A stretch of 64,000 nt of DNA from Eledone cirrhosa (GCA_964016885.1 OZ024741.1:40176001-40240000), one strand, 5' to 3'; shown: positions 45,104 through 59,662, numbered from the stretch's first letter. Translations and numbers: made by a program. The notes: generated by a model not told the origin, from the letters alone.

Positions 45104-45551
45104 ATGTGTGTTTCCGTGTTTCTGCATTTGTATCTTGTAACCTAAAAATTCGCGCAAAAAATATCGATAAAATTATTATCAGATTGGGATGAAGTAAATC
45201 CCTTTAAGGTGTTGCCCAGAAGCTTGGCCGTCGTCTAATGATTCAAACCAGTAAACGGATAAAGGACTATGTATACGTAATATGTTATCAATAGCAGACG
45301 ACCCTGAACCCCTTATAGGCGTCTTTCATTTAGTGCATGTTTAGTGTATTTATTACTGAAAGCATATCTATCTATCTATATATCTATCTATCTATCTGTC
45401 TGTCTATCTCTCTCTTTCTCTCTCTAGCTATCTATCTATCTATCTCTTAGTCTCTCTCTGTATATATATATATGTGTGTGTGTGTATATATACATATATA
45501 TATATTCCGCCATATTTTTTACTAAATGTAACAGTCGATATCGGGGTATAT

Positions 45552-45664
<113 letters not shown>

Positions 45665-46284
45665 TATACATACATATATGTGTGTGTGTGTGTGGAAGAG
45701 TAAAAGACCTGAGTGAGAGAAGGGCGGAAAGAAAGAAAGAAAGAAAGAAAGAAACATAGAAAGAAAGAAAGAAAGAAAGAAGACAGATGGGGTGGAGAGA
45801 AATGAATATTGTTTATTTTTCCAGGCCGTTCACTAAAGCTCATATGAAATACTAATACAAACTTGAATGAATGAAGTGAATTAACAGACGTCAAAAAGAA
45901 CTCAAACAATCTCGAAACTTCATATCAGTATGTACTAAAAAAAATGGCTCCCTTTATCCAGTCGTTACAACGGTCCTCTGTCAACCATTTTTAAACTCTT
46001 TATCTTGATTTATTAAATATTCCGTCGTTGGGATTTTTTGTTATTATTGTTCAGTACAATTGATATGTTTATATTAGTATTTTATAGTTATATTTACCTA
46101 TATTTATATAGTAACTGAAAGGAAATATAGTCTTCACATGTAACGTTATATTTGACTGTTGTACACACACACACACACCCACACACACACATACACACAC
46201 ACACACATATATATATATATACGCATATACACACACATATCTACATATATATATACACATACATATATATATATACGTATATAC

Positions 46285-46357
<73 letters not shown>

Positions 46358-46470
46358 TTGGGGTATTTCGTTTTATACCGTAACTTCTGATGGAGTGGTA
46401 AGGACACTGTATTGACATACAGCTTTTCTTGGGCACATTTTAAGCCTGGCGGAGCTCAACCCGTCCCAGG

Positions 46471-46521
<51 letters not shown>

Positions 46522-46539
46522 TCATATATACATTATATT

Positions 46540-46734
46540 GGCTTCTGATTTAGGCACAAGGCCAACATTCTGGTGGGAGGGGAAATAGATTAAATCGACC
46601 CGAGTGCATTACTGATATTTTATTTTATCGACTTCTTAATCATGAAAGGCAAAGCTAACCTCGGCAGGATTTGAAATCAGATTGCCATAAAACATGTTGT
46701 TTGACGCTCTACCGATTCTGCAAATCCACCGCCC
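46540..46734 (-). mobile_element. SINE family A
   Basis: Same body and end motifs. Confidence 0.8.
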
Positions 46735-47203
46735 TTGTGTGTACATATATTCAACTTTATATGTATTCTTAATGTTTTGCGTTTTCTGGCGTTACATTTG
46801 CAGCGAGTTACGATGGCGGTGATAGTAATGCTGTGGTGATGTTGATATTGTCATTGTTGTTGTTACTGTTGTTGTAGTGCTAGAGGTAATAGTTGTGGTA
46901 GTGGTCTTTACTGTAAAGCTTTCCTAAATGTAATCAACTTAGCAAAAGTCGTTCTTAAATCCTTGTTTACTTCCTGTATTATCACTGTTATTTACCATGT
47001 TTCAGTGAAGGAAAGACACGGCAGAGGAGAAGAAGAAGAAGAAGAAGAAGAAGAAGAAGAAGAAGAAGAAAAAAATTAGAGAAGCATGACTATACTGAGT
47101 TATTCTTCTGATGTGGGTGTGTGGTTTGAGGAGATGAAATTGGGTGGAGTTGGGGGTAGTGGGTACCGTACACGCGCGAACGCACACACAGCAACCCCTC
47201 CCC

Positions 47204-47333
<130 letters not shown>

Positions 47334-48376
47334 CACGCATACACACGCATACAATCGTGTATACGCAGTTGGTTGGATTTCAGTGAAATAATAATAAACA
47401 CAACATTAACTTTAATAAAATATATAAATTTAAAGATGGATGCCAGTCTCAACTGAAAAAATCACGTAGCGATACAAAAAACTTCTGATTTGTAACTATT
47501 CCTATATATTTTATTTATTTTTCTTCTTTTTTTCGTGGGACTTGTTCGTGTATGTGTTATATTTATTTATCTATAGTCTTAGTCTACTAAAGAAAATAGG
47601 TCTCCGTCAGTTTCGACGCTGAATCTTCAAATTGTTTGGTCAATGGAACGATGTATCTATTAAATTAACAGGTAAGTGGTTGAGTATTCCAAAGACACAT
47701 GTAAACTTAACGTAATTCTCAGTTAAGAGATTTTTAGCAAAACAATGAGTGACAATGTTGGACATTTAAATTACTGGTACAGTACATTCGTTGGGCTTCC
47801 GCTCAGTTTCTGTCAAACTAATTTCGCTTACAAGGCTTGGGCCGACTAGGAGTTATAATAAATATATTTGTTCAAGTGGTCGTGCAGACAGATCGAACTT
47901 CGCACCTCGTGATTGTGAAGTGAAATTTTAACTATTCGGCCATGCTGCCTTCTAAATACGCAGCCATCGATAAAAACTTTCGAAGCCAATGAGTCAACCT
48001 ATATGTGGCTGTTTGATCTGCAAGAAATAGTAGCCAAATATTCTCAAATCAGCCATTGAATAATGTGGTCGTGGCTTAAATGCTTTTGGTTTTATGTATG
48101 TTCAATCCAATCTGACCGGAGTTTACTCAACAACTAATCATTGCCACCAATAGAAGACATATCGTTCATAAGTATTGATTAATTAGTACTTTTCATATTC
48201 TTACAACATGGCCACAATGTTTAGCAAAGCGTGGGTTCGTTAAGATTCATCTGATATAGATCAACCAAAGCACGCTCTGCTGAAATACTGCTTCCATATT
48301 ATAAACATACGAATAAATCTACATATATAAATCTAAGGAAACTATTTCCCTTTGTCTGTCTTTCCATCTGTCTCTC

Positions 48377-48451
<75 letters not shown>

Positions 48452-48453
<2 letters not shown>

Positions 48454-48873
48454 AGGGGGTGTAACTAGGAGTTACTGCAGGTTCACCCGGGAGAGCACTC
48501 GATGTTTAGGTTCACTTCTGTGATGAGGTGTAGAGCTATACAGAGTGTAATATATAGAAAGGATAAAAAGGACGATTGATTATTCCTTCATTGCATTTAT
48601 TGATAGCTGACGCGCGTTTCGCCACTGATCAGTTCAAGGTTCGATCTATATCGATCCTACCCGACTCAATAATCCGCAGCTCGACGGGCCCTCTTAAAAT
48701 GCTTAAATTTTTTTTTTTTCTTATGACATTTTAAGAGGGTCCGTCGAGCTGCGGATTATTGAGTCGGGTAGGATCGATATAGATCGAACCTTGAGCTGAT
48801 CAGTGGCGAAACGCGCGTCACCTATCAATAAATGCAATGAAGGAATAATCAATCGTCCTTTTTGTCCTTTCTA

Positions 48874-48878
<5 letters not shown>
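48452..48878. mobile_element. Foldback element (152-bp arms, 25-bp spacer) with hammerhead 3' halves
   Basis: Arms 48550-48701 and 48727-48878 have about four mismatches. Each reads outward CGAAAC-GCGC-GTC...AATAAA. A unique tail lies at 48452-48549, with (AT)n on both sides. Confidence 0.9.
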
Positions 48879-48905
<27 letters not shown>

Positions 48906-49047
48906 GACCGAGAAACAAGACTGTCCTTCATCAGTAGCCTGCTGATTATCATTGGTATTTCTTCGCATTAAAGACTAGATACCTAAAATAAGTGCGAGCG
49001 ATAACTAAATTAAGTTATCGGGACAGAGGAAAACAGGAAAGGAAACA

Positions 49048-49103
<56 letters not shown>

Positions 49104-49589
49104 GGGGGAGGGGGAGACAGACAGACAGACAGAAATAGTGAGTAAGGAAACTGCCGAAGCTATACCAATTCTCTTCAACAAGCTTCGTAAAACTATTTTT
49201 ATATAATCTCCCTGTCGACAGACAAGCATTTGAATTTCAAAGTTGGACTTTTTTTAATTATTCATTCTAATTCGATTTGTTTGTTCGCAACTCTTTGTTT
49301 TCTACAGAAGCGGCCTCAGTGACAGCTTTTGGCCTATAATCAATTTTTCAATTTTTTATTTCCCATCAATGTGTACCCTAACAATGGTAAGGTTTGGTCA
49401 ATCTCCTCTACAAGTCTAGGATTACTACTATATTTGTTCATTACAATGATTGGACGTGTACTAGTCGGTTAAACAGACTTTTCTTTTAGTGGGGGGATAC
49501 CACCTGCTGACGAGGAACTCCGAGCCAAATTACGTAATGTCTACTGATATTTTTAACTAATACCAATTGCATTTGCGTTAATCCGTATG

Positions 49590-50365
49590 GTGAGAAAATG
49601 GGGTCCCACGTGCTGGCCGCCCCACAGCCCCGCCGGACAGAAAGGAGAAGGCGTTTCCTCGGAGGATGGTAAGGGCCATTTCAGATGGTAAGAGCCATTT
49701 CAGCTCGCAAGGCTCACACCTGCGGATGGACAGCTCAGCGCCTATGGTGGTGAATAGGGAGGTAGCAAAAGGCCAAGGACACCAGAAGTCTCCACTGCCA
49801 AGGGCACGACCGCGAACCTGTCGGAGAGCGACCGGTACTTGGAGAGTTTGGCCTCCTCAGCCCGACATGCAGCAGTACCTGGGTTAGTCGCAGACTGCAC
49901 CAGGTTGCGGCTGGTGAAAGTGTCGCTACAAGTGGCATCCCACACGCGAGGTTTGCCACCGCGGAACGGGAAGATGGTCATGCCATCTGGCTTTTTGCCG
50001 TCCCCTCGGTCCAGCCCCACCGGCTCGAGCTGGGAGGGGAAGCCTGCAGCGTCCAAGCCATGCATTATGATCTCGTTGAGGGCAGCATGGCGTGGAAGGC
50101 GGCCGGCACTGTAACGACAGGAAAGCGGGTGAAGGCCGAAAGCGTCCACAGTGGATCTACAGCGACATTTATGTGGCTCGCAGATCCGGAGTCCAAGCCT
50201 CAGGGAAACGCCGATACGCAGGCTATCGTTATCCAGCTAGGTGCCACTGGAGAAAGAGGGCAAGGCATGGCGCCAGGCACCACTGTGGGGCTTGGAGGCC
50301 GCGCGAAAACAGGCAAGGCGGTGCTGGTCGTGCTGGCGCGTGAGCCTACTGTGAATAGCGATTCC
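49590..50365 (-). pseudogene. CRE-type non-LTR retrotransposon 3' fragment (zinc knuckle + restriction-like endonuclease)
   Basis: GC-rich island. LRIGVSLRLGLRICEPHKCRC..VDAFGLHPLSC, RHAALN, LEPVGL.RGDGKKPDG, VWDAT, AEEAKLSKY, PLAVETSGVLG, ILRGNA. In-frame stop and frameshift present. Confidence 0.85.
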
Positions 50366-51554
50366 AATTAAACTGATACTTGAGAGACTGGTATACAGAA
50401 ACCAATGCATTGGTCCGGGTATATTTATTATGCTACTATCATTACCCACATGAAATTATTTATCTTATTGATTAACGTATGTGTGTAGTCTGAGTAATGG
50501 GTTCGTATTTCTAACAATGCAAACCTAATTATATCATTGAGAGAGTAAGACAACGGCTGAAGCTGTACCGATTCTTTTCGACTAGCTTCGTGAGGCTATA
50601 TTTTTATATAAGCATAATTCTAACACGTTGAAAACCAGTATCAACTTGAAATCTTAGTAATAAGTTGGATATTTGGGGATTTCTCTGGCTGATGAGGGCT
50701 AATAGTCCAGAATTTGTTAATTGTTGATTTACAATTAATCGATGATTAGCAGATTTCCTCGTTATCCCGAAGCAGTACTGTACAAGCCATTCGAGGAATA
50801 TATGTATTCTATCAGCTTTCTATATTAAACTGTTCAAATGATCCCAAATTGTGAGTATTTTAACGTGTTACTGTTAAGCTGTTCAATCATTAATTATTTC
50901 TTGCTTTCCTGCAAGAGTTTCTGCCTTGGGTACTGTTGCCTTACAACAATTTAACGTATGTGACTGCTCTGGAAGGATCCATTGAAGATGTTGGAATCAA
51001 AGAGATCGATGTGCAAATTATGCCAAATTGTATTGATATTTTCACCTCGTTGTATATACTATACTGTATGGTGAGCCCCAACTTAATTCAGCGAAGCTGG
51101 GATAAGCAAAGGGATGATTAAAAGAGATAAGCACAGCACCCTCTATTAGATACGAGCCCGTACCAATTTTGGAGTAAAACTGCTTTATTAGACTTTCAGA
51201 TTCCCGAAAGCCTCTATTCCTGCATTAAAATAAGACAAGGTGGTCTTGGTTGGAATATCTGATCATATGTCTGTTTGATTGAGGCTCACTTTGAGAGATA
51301 TAGAAAATAACTGTCGGTTACATATTGAGCAGTGTCTAAGAATAAGAAAACACTATTAAAGGGAACAGAAAACGAAGAAAAAGGTGTATTAAATCGCTTA
51401 GGATTGAAAGGTAAAATTTCATTCTTGAGAGAGGAACGATATGAACATACAGCGACATATTTGATGTGTGATTTATTCACTTTAACAATTAAGTACATTT
51501 ATATTTACCGAAGCCAGAAAACCAGGCGGACACACGCACATCATTCACATTTAT

Positions 51555-52116
<562 letters not shown>

Positions 52117-52264
52117 AGGGAGAGAAAGAAAGAGGAGAGAAGTAGAGAGAGAGAAGTATATGGTGGTAGACAGTGTGGAAATGTTGGGTTGCCAATAATT
52201 AATCTATGGAGTTGATAGAGTATGATTCCTGTTGAATGACAAAGGTGTTGTTTAAATAGTGACT

Positions 52265-54800
52265 GGTGGTGGTGTGGTGGTGGTGGTGTGGTGGTGGTGG
52301 TGGTGTGGTGGTGGTGGTGCTGGTGGTGGTGTGGTGGTGGTGTGGTGGTGGTATGGTGGTGTGGTGGTGTAGTGGTGGTGTGGTGGTGGTAGTGGTGGTG
52401 GTGGTGGTGGTGCTGGTGGTGGTGTGGTGGTGGTGTGGTGGTGGTATGGTGGTGTGGTGGTGTAGTGGTGGTGTGGTGGTGGTGGTGCTGGTGGTGGTGT
52501 GGTGGTGGTGTGGTGGTGGTATGGTGGTGTGGTGGTGTAGTGGTGGTGTGGTGGTGGTAGTGGTGGTGGTGGTGGTGTGGTGGTGGTGTGGTGGTGTGGT
52601 GGTGTGGTGGTGGTGTGGTGGTGTGGTGGTGTAGTGGTGGTGTGGTGGTGGTAGTGGTGTGGTGGTGGTGGTGGTGTGGTGGTGGTGGTGTGGTGGTGTA
52701 GTGGTGGTGGTGTGGTGGTAGTGGTGGTGGTGGTGGTGGTGTAGTGGTGGTGGTGGTGGTGTGGTGGTGTAGTGGTGGTGTGGTGGTGTAGTGGTGGTGG
52801 TGGTGGTGGTGGTGGTGTGGTGGTGGTGTGGTGGTGTGGTGGTGTAGTGGTGGTCTGGTGGTGGTAGTGGTGGTGGTGGTGGTGTGGTGGTGGTGTGGTG
52901 GTGTAGTGGTGGTGTGGTGGTGGTGTGGTGGTGGTGGTGGTGGCGTGGTGGTGGTGGTGGTGGTGTGGTGGTCGTGGTGTGGTGGTGGTGGTGGTGTGGT
53001 GGTGGTGGTGTGGTGGTGGTGGTGGTGGTGGTGGTGGTGGTGGTGGTGGTGGTGGTGGTGGTGGTGGTGTAGTGGTCGTGGTGTGGTGGTGGTGGTGGTG
53101 TGGGGGGCGGGGGGTGGTGGTGTGGTGGTGTGGTGGGGTGGTGGTGGTGTGGTGGGGGGGTGGGGTGGTGGGGTGGTGGTGGTGTGGTGGTGGTGGTGGT
53201 GGTGGTGGTGTGGTGGTGGTGTGGTGGTGTAGTGGTGGTGGTGGTGGTGGTGGTGGTGGAGTGGTGGTGTAGTGGTGGTGTGGTGGTGGTGGTGGTGGTG
53301 GTGTGGTGGTGGTGTGGTGGTGGTGTGGTGGTGTGGTGGTGTAGTGGTGGTAGTGGTGGTGGTGGTGGTGTAGTGGTAGTGGTGGTGGTAGTGGTGGTGG
53401 TTTGGTGGTGGTGTGGTGGTGGTGTGGTGGTGGTGTGGTGGTGTGGTGGTGTAGTGGTGGTGTGGTGGTGGTAGTGGTGGTGGTGGTGGTGTGGTGGTGG
53501 TGTGGTGGTGTGGTGGTGTAGTGGTGGTGTATTGGTGGTAGTGGTGTGGTGGTGGTGTGGTGGTGTAGTGGTGGTGGTGGTGGTGGTGGTGGTGGTGGTG
53601 GAGTGGTGGTGGTGGTGGTGGTGGTGGTGTGGTGGTGGTGTGGTGGTGGTGTGGTGGTGTGGTGGTGGTGGTGGTGGTGGTGGTGTGGTGGTCGTGGTGG
53701 TGTGGTGGTGGTGGTGTGGTGGTGTGGTGGTGTAGTGGTGTGGTGGTGGTGTGGTGGTGGTGGTGGTGGTGGTGGTGGTGGTGGTGGTGGTGGTGGTGGT
53801 GGTGTGGTGTGGTGGTGGTGTGGTGGTGGTGTGGTGGTGTGGTGGTGGTGTGGTGGTGGTAGTGGTGGTGGTGGTGTGGTGGTGGTGGTGGTGGTGGTGG
53901 TGTGGTGGTGGTGTGGTGGTGTGGTGGTGTAGTGGTGGTGTGGTGGTGGTGGTGATGGTGGTGGTGTGGTGGTGGTGGTGTGGTGGTGGTGTGGTGGTGG
54001 TGGTGGTGGTGGTGGTGGTGGTAGTGGTGGTGGTGGTGGTGGTGGTGGTGGTGGTGGTGGTGGTGGTGGTGGTGGTGGTGGTGGTGTGGTGGTGTGGTGG
54101 TGGTGGTGGTGGTGGTGTGGTGGTGGTGTGGTGGTGGTGTGGTGGTGGTGTGGTGGTGTAGTGGTGGTGTGGTGGTGGTGTGGTGGTGGTGGTGGTGGCG
54201 TGGTGGTGGTGGTGGTGGTGTGGTGGTCGTGGTGTGGTGGTGGTGGTGGTGTGGTGGTGGTGGTGTGGTGGTGGTGGTGGTGGTGGTGGTGGTGGTGGTG
54301 GTGGTGGTGGTGGTGGTGGTGGTGGTGGTGGTGGTGGTGTAGTGGTCGTGGTGTGGTGGTGGTGGTGGTGTGGGGGGCGGGGGTGGGGGTGTGGGGGGGT
54401 TGGGGGGGGGGGGGGGGGGGGCAGTGTGTTGGTGTGGTGGTGGTGGTGGTGCGGTGGTGGTGTGGTGCGGTGGTGGTGTGGTGGTGGTGGTGGTGGTGGT
54501 AATGGTGGTCGTGTGGTGGTGGTGGTGGTGGTGGTGGTGGTGGTGGTGGTGGTGGTGGTGGTGATGCTGGTGATGGTGGTTTTGGTGGTGGTGGTGGTGG
54601 TGATGGTGTTGCTGGTGATGATGGTGGTGGTGGTGGTGGTGGTGGTGGTGGTGGTGGTGGTGGTGGTGATGCTTGTGATGGTGGTTTTGGTGGTGGTGGT
54701 GGTGGTGATGGTGTTGCTGGTGGTGGTGGTGGTGGTGGTGGTGGTGGTGGTGGTCGTGCTGGTGATGGTTGTGGTGGTGGTGGTGGTGGTGATGATGGCA
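52265..54800. repeat. ~2.5-kb (GGT)n/(GGTGT) G-rich simple repeat
   Basis: Direct inspection. It explains all poly-P/T/H/V/W/G ORFs here. Confidence 0.97.
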
Positions 54801-54885
54801 ATAGTACTATGATTTTTGGTAGTGGTTGTTGTTTTTGTTTTTTTGGTCTGTAGCCCCATTGCTGCTCTGAACGGTCAGACTTAAT

Positions 54886-55068
54886 GATTTCTGATTTAGG
54901 CACAAGGCCAGCAATTTGGGGGAACGGAAAAGTCGGTAATCGACCACCAGAGTATTTGAAGGCGCATGGCTTAGTGATTAGAGCATTGAGCTTGCAATCG
55001 AAAGGTTGTTTCCTTGAGCAAGACACTTTATTTCACGTTGCCCCAGTTTACTCAGCTGTAGAAATGAG
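54886..55068. mobile_element. SINE A 3' end (minus) with an adjacent or nested SINE B fragment (plus, 54958-55068)
   Basis: TTTCTGATTTAGGCACAAGGCCAGCAATTT followed by GAAGGCGCATGGCTTAGTG...TCCTTGAGCAAGACAC. Confidence 0.65.
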
Positions 55069-55554
55069 ATGATAGTATTGAGGTCCCTATCATTAAATAT
55101 CTCCAACGAGATATACCTTGGAGGAGGCCAGCTAAACCAGCATAGGTGTGAGCTGTCACACACACAGTGCAGTACTAGTACTTTATTTTATCGACATCGT
55201 GCTTTTTCTCCAAAATTGTCCCGTTTCTTTCTCTTCTCACTCGATAGCTTCCTCTTTCATCTTTTATTTCTCATTTTTTCTTTTGATGAAGGACTAGTGT
55301 TCGAAACATAAAGATTCTTTTCCTACAATATCATTTGTTAAATTAATATATTCATTGTACTGTGTTGTTTCCCTAATTGTTTCCGTTTACTTTTCGCATA
55401 CACACACACACATATTTGTGTATGTATGTATGTATGTATGTATGTATGTTTGTTTTTTTTTTGTTTTTTTTTCAATTCAATGATGTTCCAGAACAATATA
55501 AAAGAGATAATTGGCAATTTAGGTTCTGGAACAAAAAAGATAATTGGCAATAAA

Positions 55555-58500
55555 GGCAGGGGCCCCAGGTTATCACAGCCTGGGCCCGCTCGTCATCGTG
55601 CCATTGTAATAGAGCCAAACAAGGCTGCTGGAACGTACGGACGCTGCTTGACAGGGATTCCTTGGAGCGTCCTGAACGAAGGACGCTCTTGTTGCAAAGG
55701 AGCTTCGACGTTACGATCTTGACATCGTGGCTTTATCTGAGACGAGGTTAGCTGCAGATGGTCATCTTACGGAATTTTGTGGAGAATATACATTCTTCTG
55801 GAAAGGAAGAGATGAAGGAACCAGAAGAGAGGCTGGGGTAGGATTTGCTGTTAAGACTGTACTTGTGAATAAATTAGAAGAATTCCCAGTAGGGATTAGT
55901 GAGCGTCTTATGCCCATGAGAATTCCGCTGGACAAAGGAAGATATGCGACCCTGGTGAGTGTGTATGCTCCAACTATGAATTCTGTCGATGAAGAAAAAG
56001 TGTCCTTTTACCATGCCTTGAAAGGTGTTTTAAGAAATATCCCTCAGGCAGACAAAGTCATCGTGCTTGGTGACTTTAATGCTAGAGTGGGTAGGGATTT
56101 TAACACATGGAATGTAATCGGAAGGCATGGGGTGGGAAAGTGTAACAACAATGGTATGCTCCTGCTGCAGATGTGTGAGGAGCTGGATCTGTGTGTTACC
56201 AACACCATGTTCCAACAAAAGAACAAATTCAAGACCACATGGATGCATCCTGCATCTAAGGAATGGCATCTTTTGGACTACGTCCTAGTCAGGATGCGTG
56301 ACAGACAGGATGTGCAGTGTGTTCGTGCTCTTCGTGGAGCTGAGTGCTGGACGGACCCTCGCCTGGTACGCGCAAAAGTGAAACTAATCACTAAACGTAA
56401 AATCCGGGCTCCTGGTGTTGCCCTGCCCAAAAGATTGAATGCTGCTTGTCTTAAGGATAAAAATGTGAAGAAGACATTGGAAGAAGAGATGCAGGCTGCA
56501 GATCTTGGTGAGGATTGGCCGACCCTTAAAAAGTCGGTTTATGATGTAGGCAGGCGTGTTCTGGGATTGGTGCAGAGAAAACATCAGGACTGGTTTAATG
56601 AAAATGATGTATATGTAGAAGACTTGTTGGCTGATAAGAGGCGTGCTCTGTCACGCTACTTGACGGCAAAACCACAGGAGAGGAATACGTTGCATGAGGA
56701 ACTCAAGGATGTAAAATCACGTGTTAGGCGGAGTCTTTCTCAGATGAAGGATCAGTGGTGGAGTGAGAAGGCTGGTGAGATACAAACTGCGTCAGATTCC
56801 AATAACACAAAGCTGTTGTACAGTCTCTTGCGTGAGGTTTATGGACCGTCTTCTTCTCTGGTGACACCGCTTCGCAACAAGGATGGCAAAGAACTTCTTC
56901 GAGACTCACAAGGAATTCTACGAAGGTGGCGAGAGCACTTTGATGATCTTTTGAATCAGCCGTCTGTCGTCAGTGAAGATTTCCTCAATCTCATTCCAGA
57001 AAGTCCTGTGAAAGTAGCTCTCGCAGAACCTCCGATGCTTGTGGAGGTTGCAGTGGCTATTTCGAAGCTGAACAGTGGAAGATCTCCAGGTATGGATGGC
57101 ATACATGCTGAGCTCCTACAATATGGTGGTGAGAGACTCCTGCAACATCTTTACTCTTTGTTTGGCAGGATATGGGCTAATGAATCCGTACCTGAGGACT
57201 GGAGAGATGCAGTAATGGTGGTCTTGTACAAGGGAAAGGGTAACAGGAATGATTGTGGGAACTACAGAGGTATATCATTGCTTTCTGTCGTAGGGAAAGT
57301 TTTATGTAGGGTGCTTCTGGACCGTCTGCTGACACACATTGCAGATTGTGTTCTTCCTGAAAGTCAATCTGGTTTTCGTGCTGGACGCGGCACTACTGAT
57401 ATGATCTTCTCAGCTAGACAGCTCCAGCAGAAGTGCATGGAACAAGGCTTGGATCTGTATCAGGGTTTTGTCGATCTGACAAAAGCTTTCGATATTGTTA
57501 ACAGAGATGCATTATGGAAGGTTCTCCAGAAACTTGGTTGCCCTGATAAGTTCCTTGCTTTAGTTAGGTCTTTCCATGACGACCTGAAGGCTTGGGTTAA
57601 TGTCGGAGGTAACATGTCGGAGCCTATCTCAGTAAAAAATGGAGTGAAACAGAAGGATATTCCAGCACCGACCCTGTTTGCCATATACTTTGCAATGGTT
57701 TTCTGTATTGTATTCAGGAATTGCGAGCATGGTGTTTACATCCGATATCGAACCTCAGGCAGCATATTTAACATCAGGCGCTTTGCTGCAAAGACAAAAG
57801 TATTTACATCAATCATAAGAGACCTCTTGTATGCAGATGATTGCGATCTTGTAGCGCACACAGAGAGTGATATGCAGCACATTTTGAATGCATTTTCTGA
57901 CGCTTGCACTGCCCTAGGATTGACTGTCAGTCTCAAGAAAACCGTCGTCATGTGCTAACCTGCCCCTGGTGAGCAGTACACTGAACCAAATATCTATGTG
58001 TATGGTAAACGACTTGGAGTGGTTGATCAGTTTGTCTACCTGGGAAGCACTGTCAATCGATACAGCAACCTTGACTGTGAAATCTCACTTAGGATTAGGA
58101 AAGCAAGTGATGCTTTCGGAAAGCTAGAAAGGCGACTCTAGGGTCGGCGAGACATATGCAGGAGGACAAAGGTAAAGGTGTACAGGGCATGTGTGCTCTC
58201 TTGTCTTCTTTATGCCTGCGAGACCTGGGTCACATATCGACACCACCCTAAGCAATTGGAGCGTTTCCATCAGATGTGTCTCAGACGGATCCATGGCGTT
58301 CACTGGAGAGACCACATCAGTGATGTCGAGATTTTTGAAAGCTCTATGTGTGACAGTATAGAAGCTCTTGTGCTTAAGCAACGACTCCGTTGGAGTGGTC
58401 ACCTTGCCAGGATGAAAGATTCTAGAATACCAAAACAACTCGTTTATGGAGAGTTGGTTAAAGGAAAACGACCGCCACATAAAGCAAAAAAGAGGTATAA

Positions 58501-59204
58501 GGATTCCTTGAAAGCCTCTCTGAAAGACGCTAACATCTCTGCTGATACATGGGAAAATATTACTGCTGATCGTAATAAATGGAGAAAGACTGCATATGAG
58601 GGAAAAATTGCCTTTGATGCATCTCGAATCGCATACAAGAAAGTAAAGCGGATGTGAGGAAGGGCATTGCTGTTGCACTTCCAGACGGCGAGGGTCCTCC
58701 TATGGTGCTGACATGCAGCGTCTGTGCGAGACTCTGCCTAAGCAAAGCTGGACTCGAAAGTCATCTTTGCAGTCATAAAGTAAGACCAGTGGTTGACTAC
58801 CAGGCTGCTGTTGGAGATGCTACTCATCATGCTTGCCAAACATGTGGTAGAGAATGTAAATCAGCAGGAGGGCTCAAGCGACATGCAAAAGTACACGAAC
58901 TCCAACCACAGCCGACTATTCCCAGTGAATGTTTTGGTTGCCGACTCTGTGCAAGACATTTTAGATCATTGGCTGGGCTAAAAAGCCACATTCGATCGCA
59001 GCGCTGTTAGTTGCTATCGTGTGTGTGTGTGTGTGTATAGGTATGTTTATGTGTGTGCGTGTATGTATATATATATATATATGTATATGTATACCATTAT
59101 TGTTGTTGTCGTTATTATTATTGTTGTTATTATTATTATTATTATTGTTATTAATGTATATGTGTGTGTATGTATATGTGTGTGTGTATATATGTACATG
59201 TATA

Positions 59205-59253
<49 letters not shown>

Positions 59254-59356
59254 CTTTTTTTATTTTAATTTTATTTTTTATTTATTTATTGATTTTTTTT
59301 TCTCCTCCTGCAATGACCATACTCGATAACGAGTATCATGTATGTATGTATGTATG

Positions 59357-59360
<4 letters not shown>
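55555..59360 (+). mobile_element. RTE-clade LINE, near full length
   Basis: Single APE-RT ORF. The 3'UTR is interrupted by microsatellites and ends in GACCATACTCGATAACGAG + (TATG)n at 59310-59360. The 5' boundary is approximate. Confidence 0.88.
55623..59010 (+). pseudogene. RTE ORF: AP endonuclease + reverse transcriptase + three C2H2 zinc fingers
   Basis: CWNVRTL, ALSETR, GVGFAV, SVYAPT, LGDFNARVG, LDYVLV; SPGMDGI, NYRGISLLS, QSGFRAGR, FVDLTKAFD, LYADD, FVYLGS, RLRWSGHL.RM. Lesions: frameshift ~55685, TAA 57956, TAG 58139, frameshift ~58655. Confidence 0.95.
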
Positions 59361-59404
<44 letters not shown>

Positions 59405-59415
59405 TATATACATAT

Positions 59416-59486
<71 letters not shown>

Positions 59487-59662
59487 CACTTATATACATG
59501 TTTACACATATATATATGTTGTGTCTGTATATATATATAAAGATCGTCTGCTCCATACAAAGCGTAACCACTTCTTACACTTTATGTCTGTTCCTTCCTG
59601 GCATGAGATATCAAATGGGTTTTGTGTCCTGAAAGCCTGTGAAAGACCCGTCCACAAATAAT

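Noticed and set aside
48905-48940. CTGATGAAGGAC on the minus strand as a hammerhead
   Set aside because: No GAAA half follows it. At most a truncated remnant.
52199-55026. Extensin/formin-like Pro/His/Thr-rich ORFs, or a telomeric array
   Set aside because: This is a (GGT)n simple repeat open in several frames, and it has no TTAGGG units.
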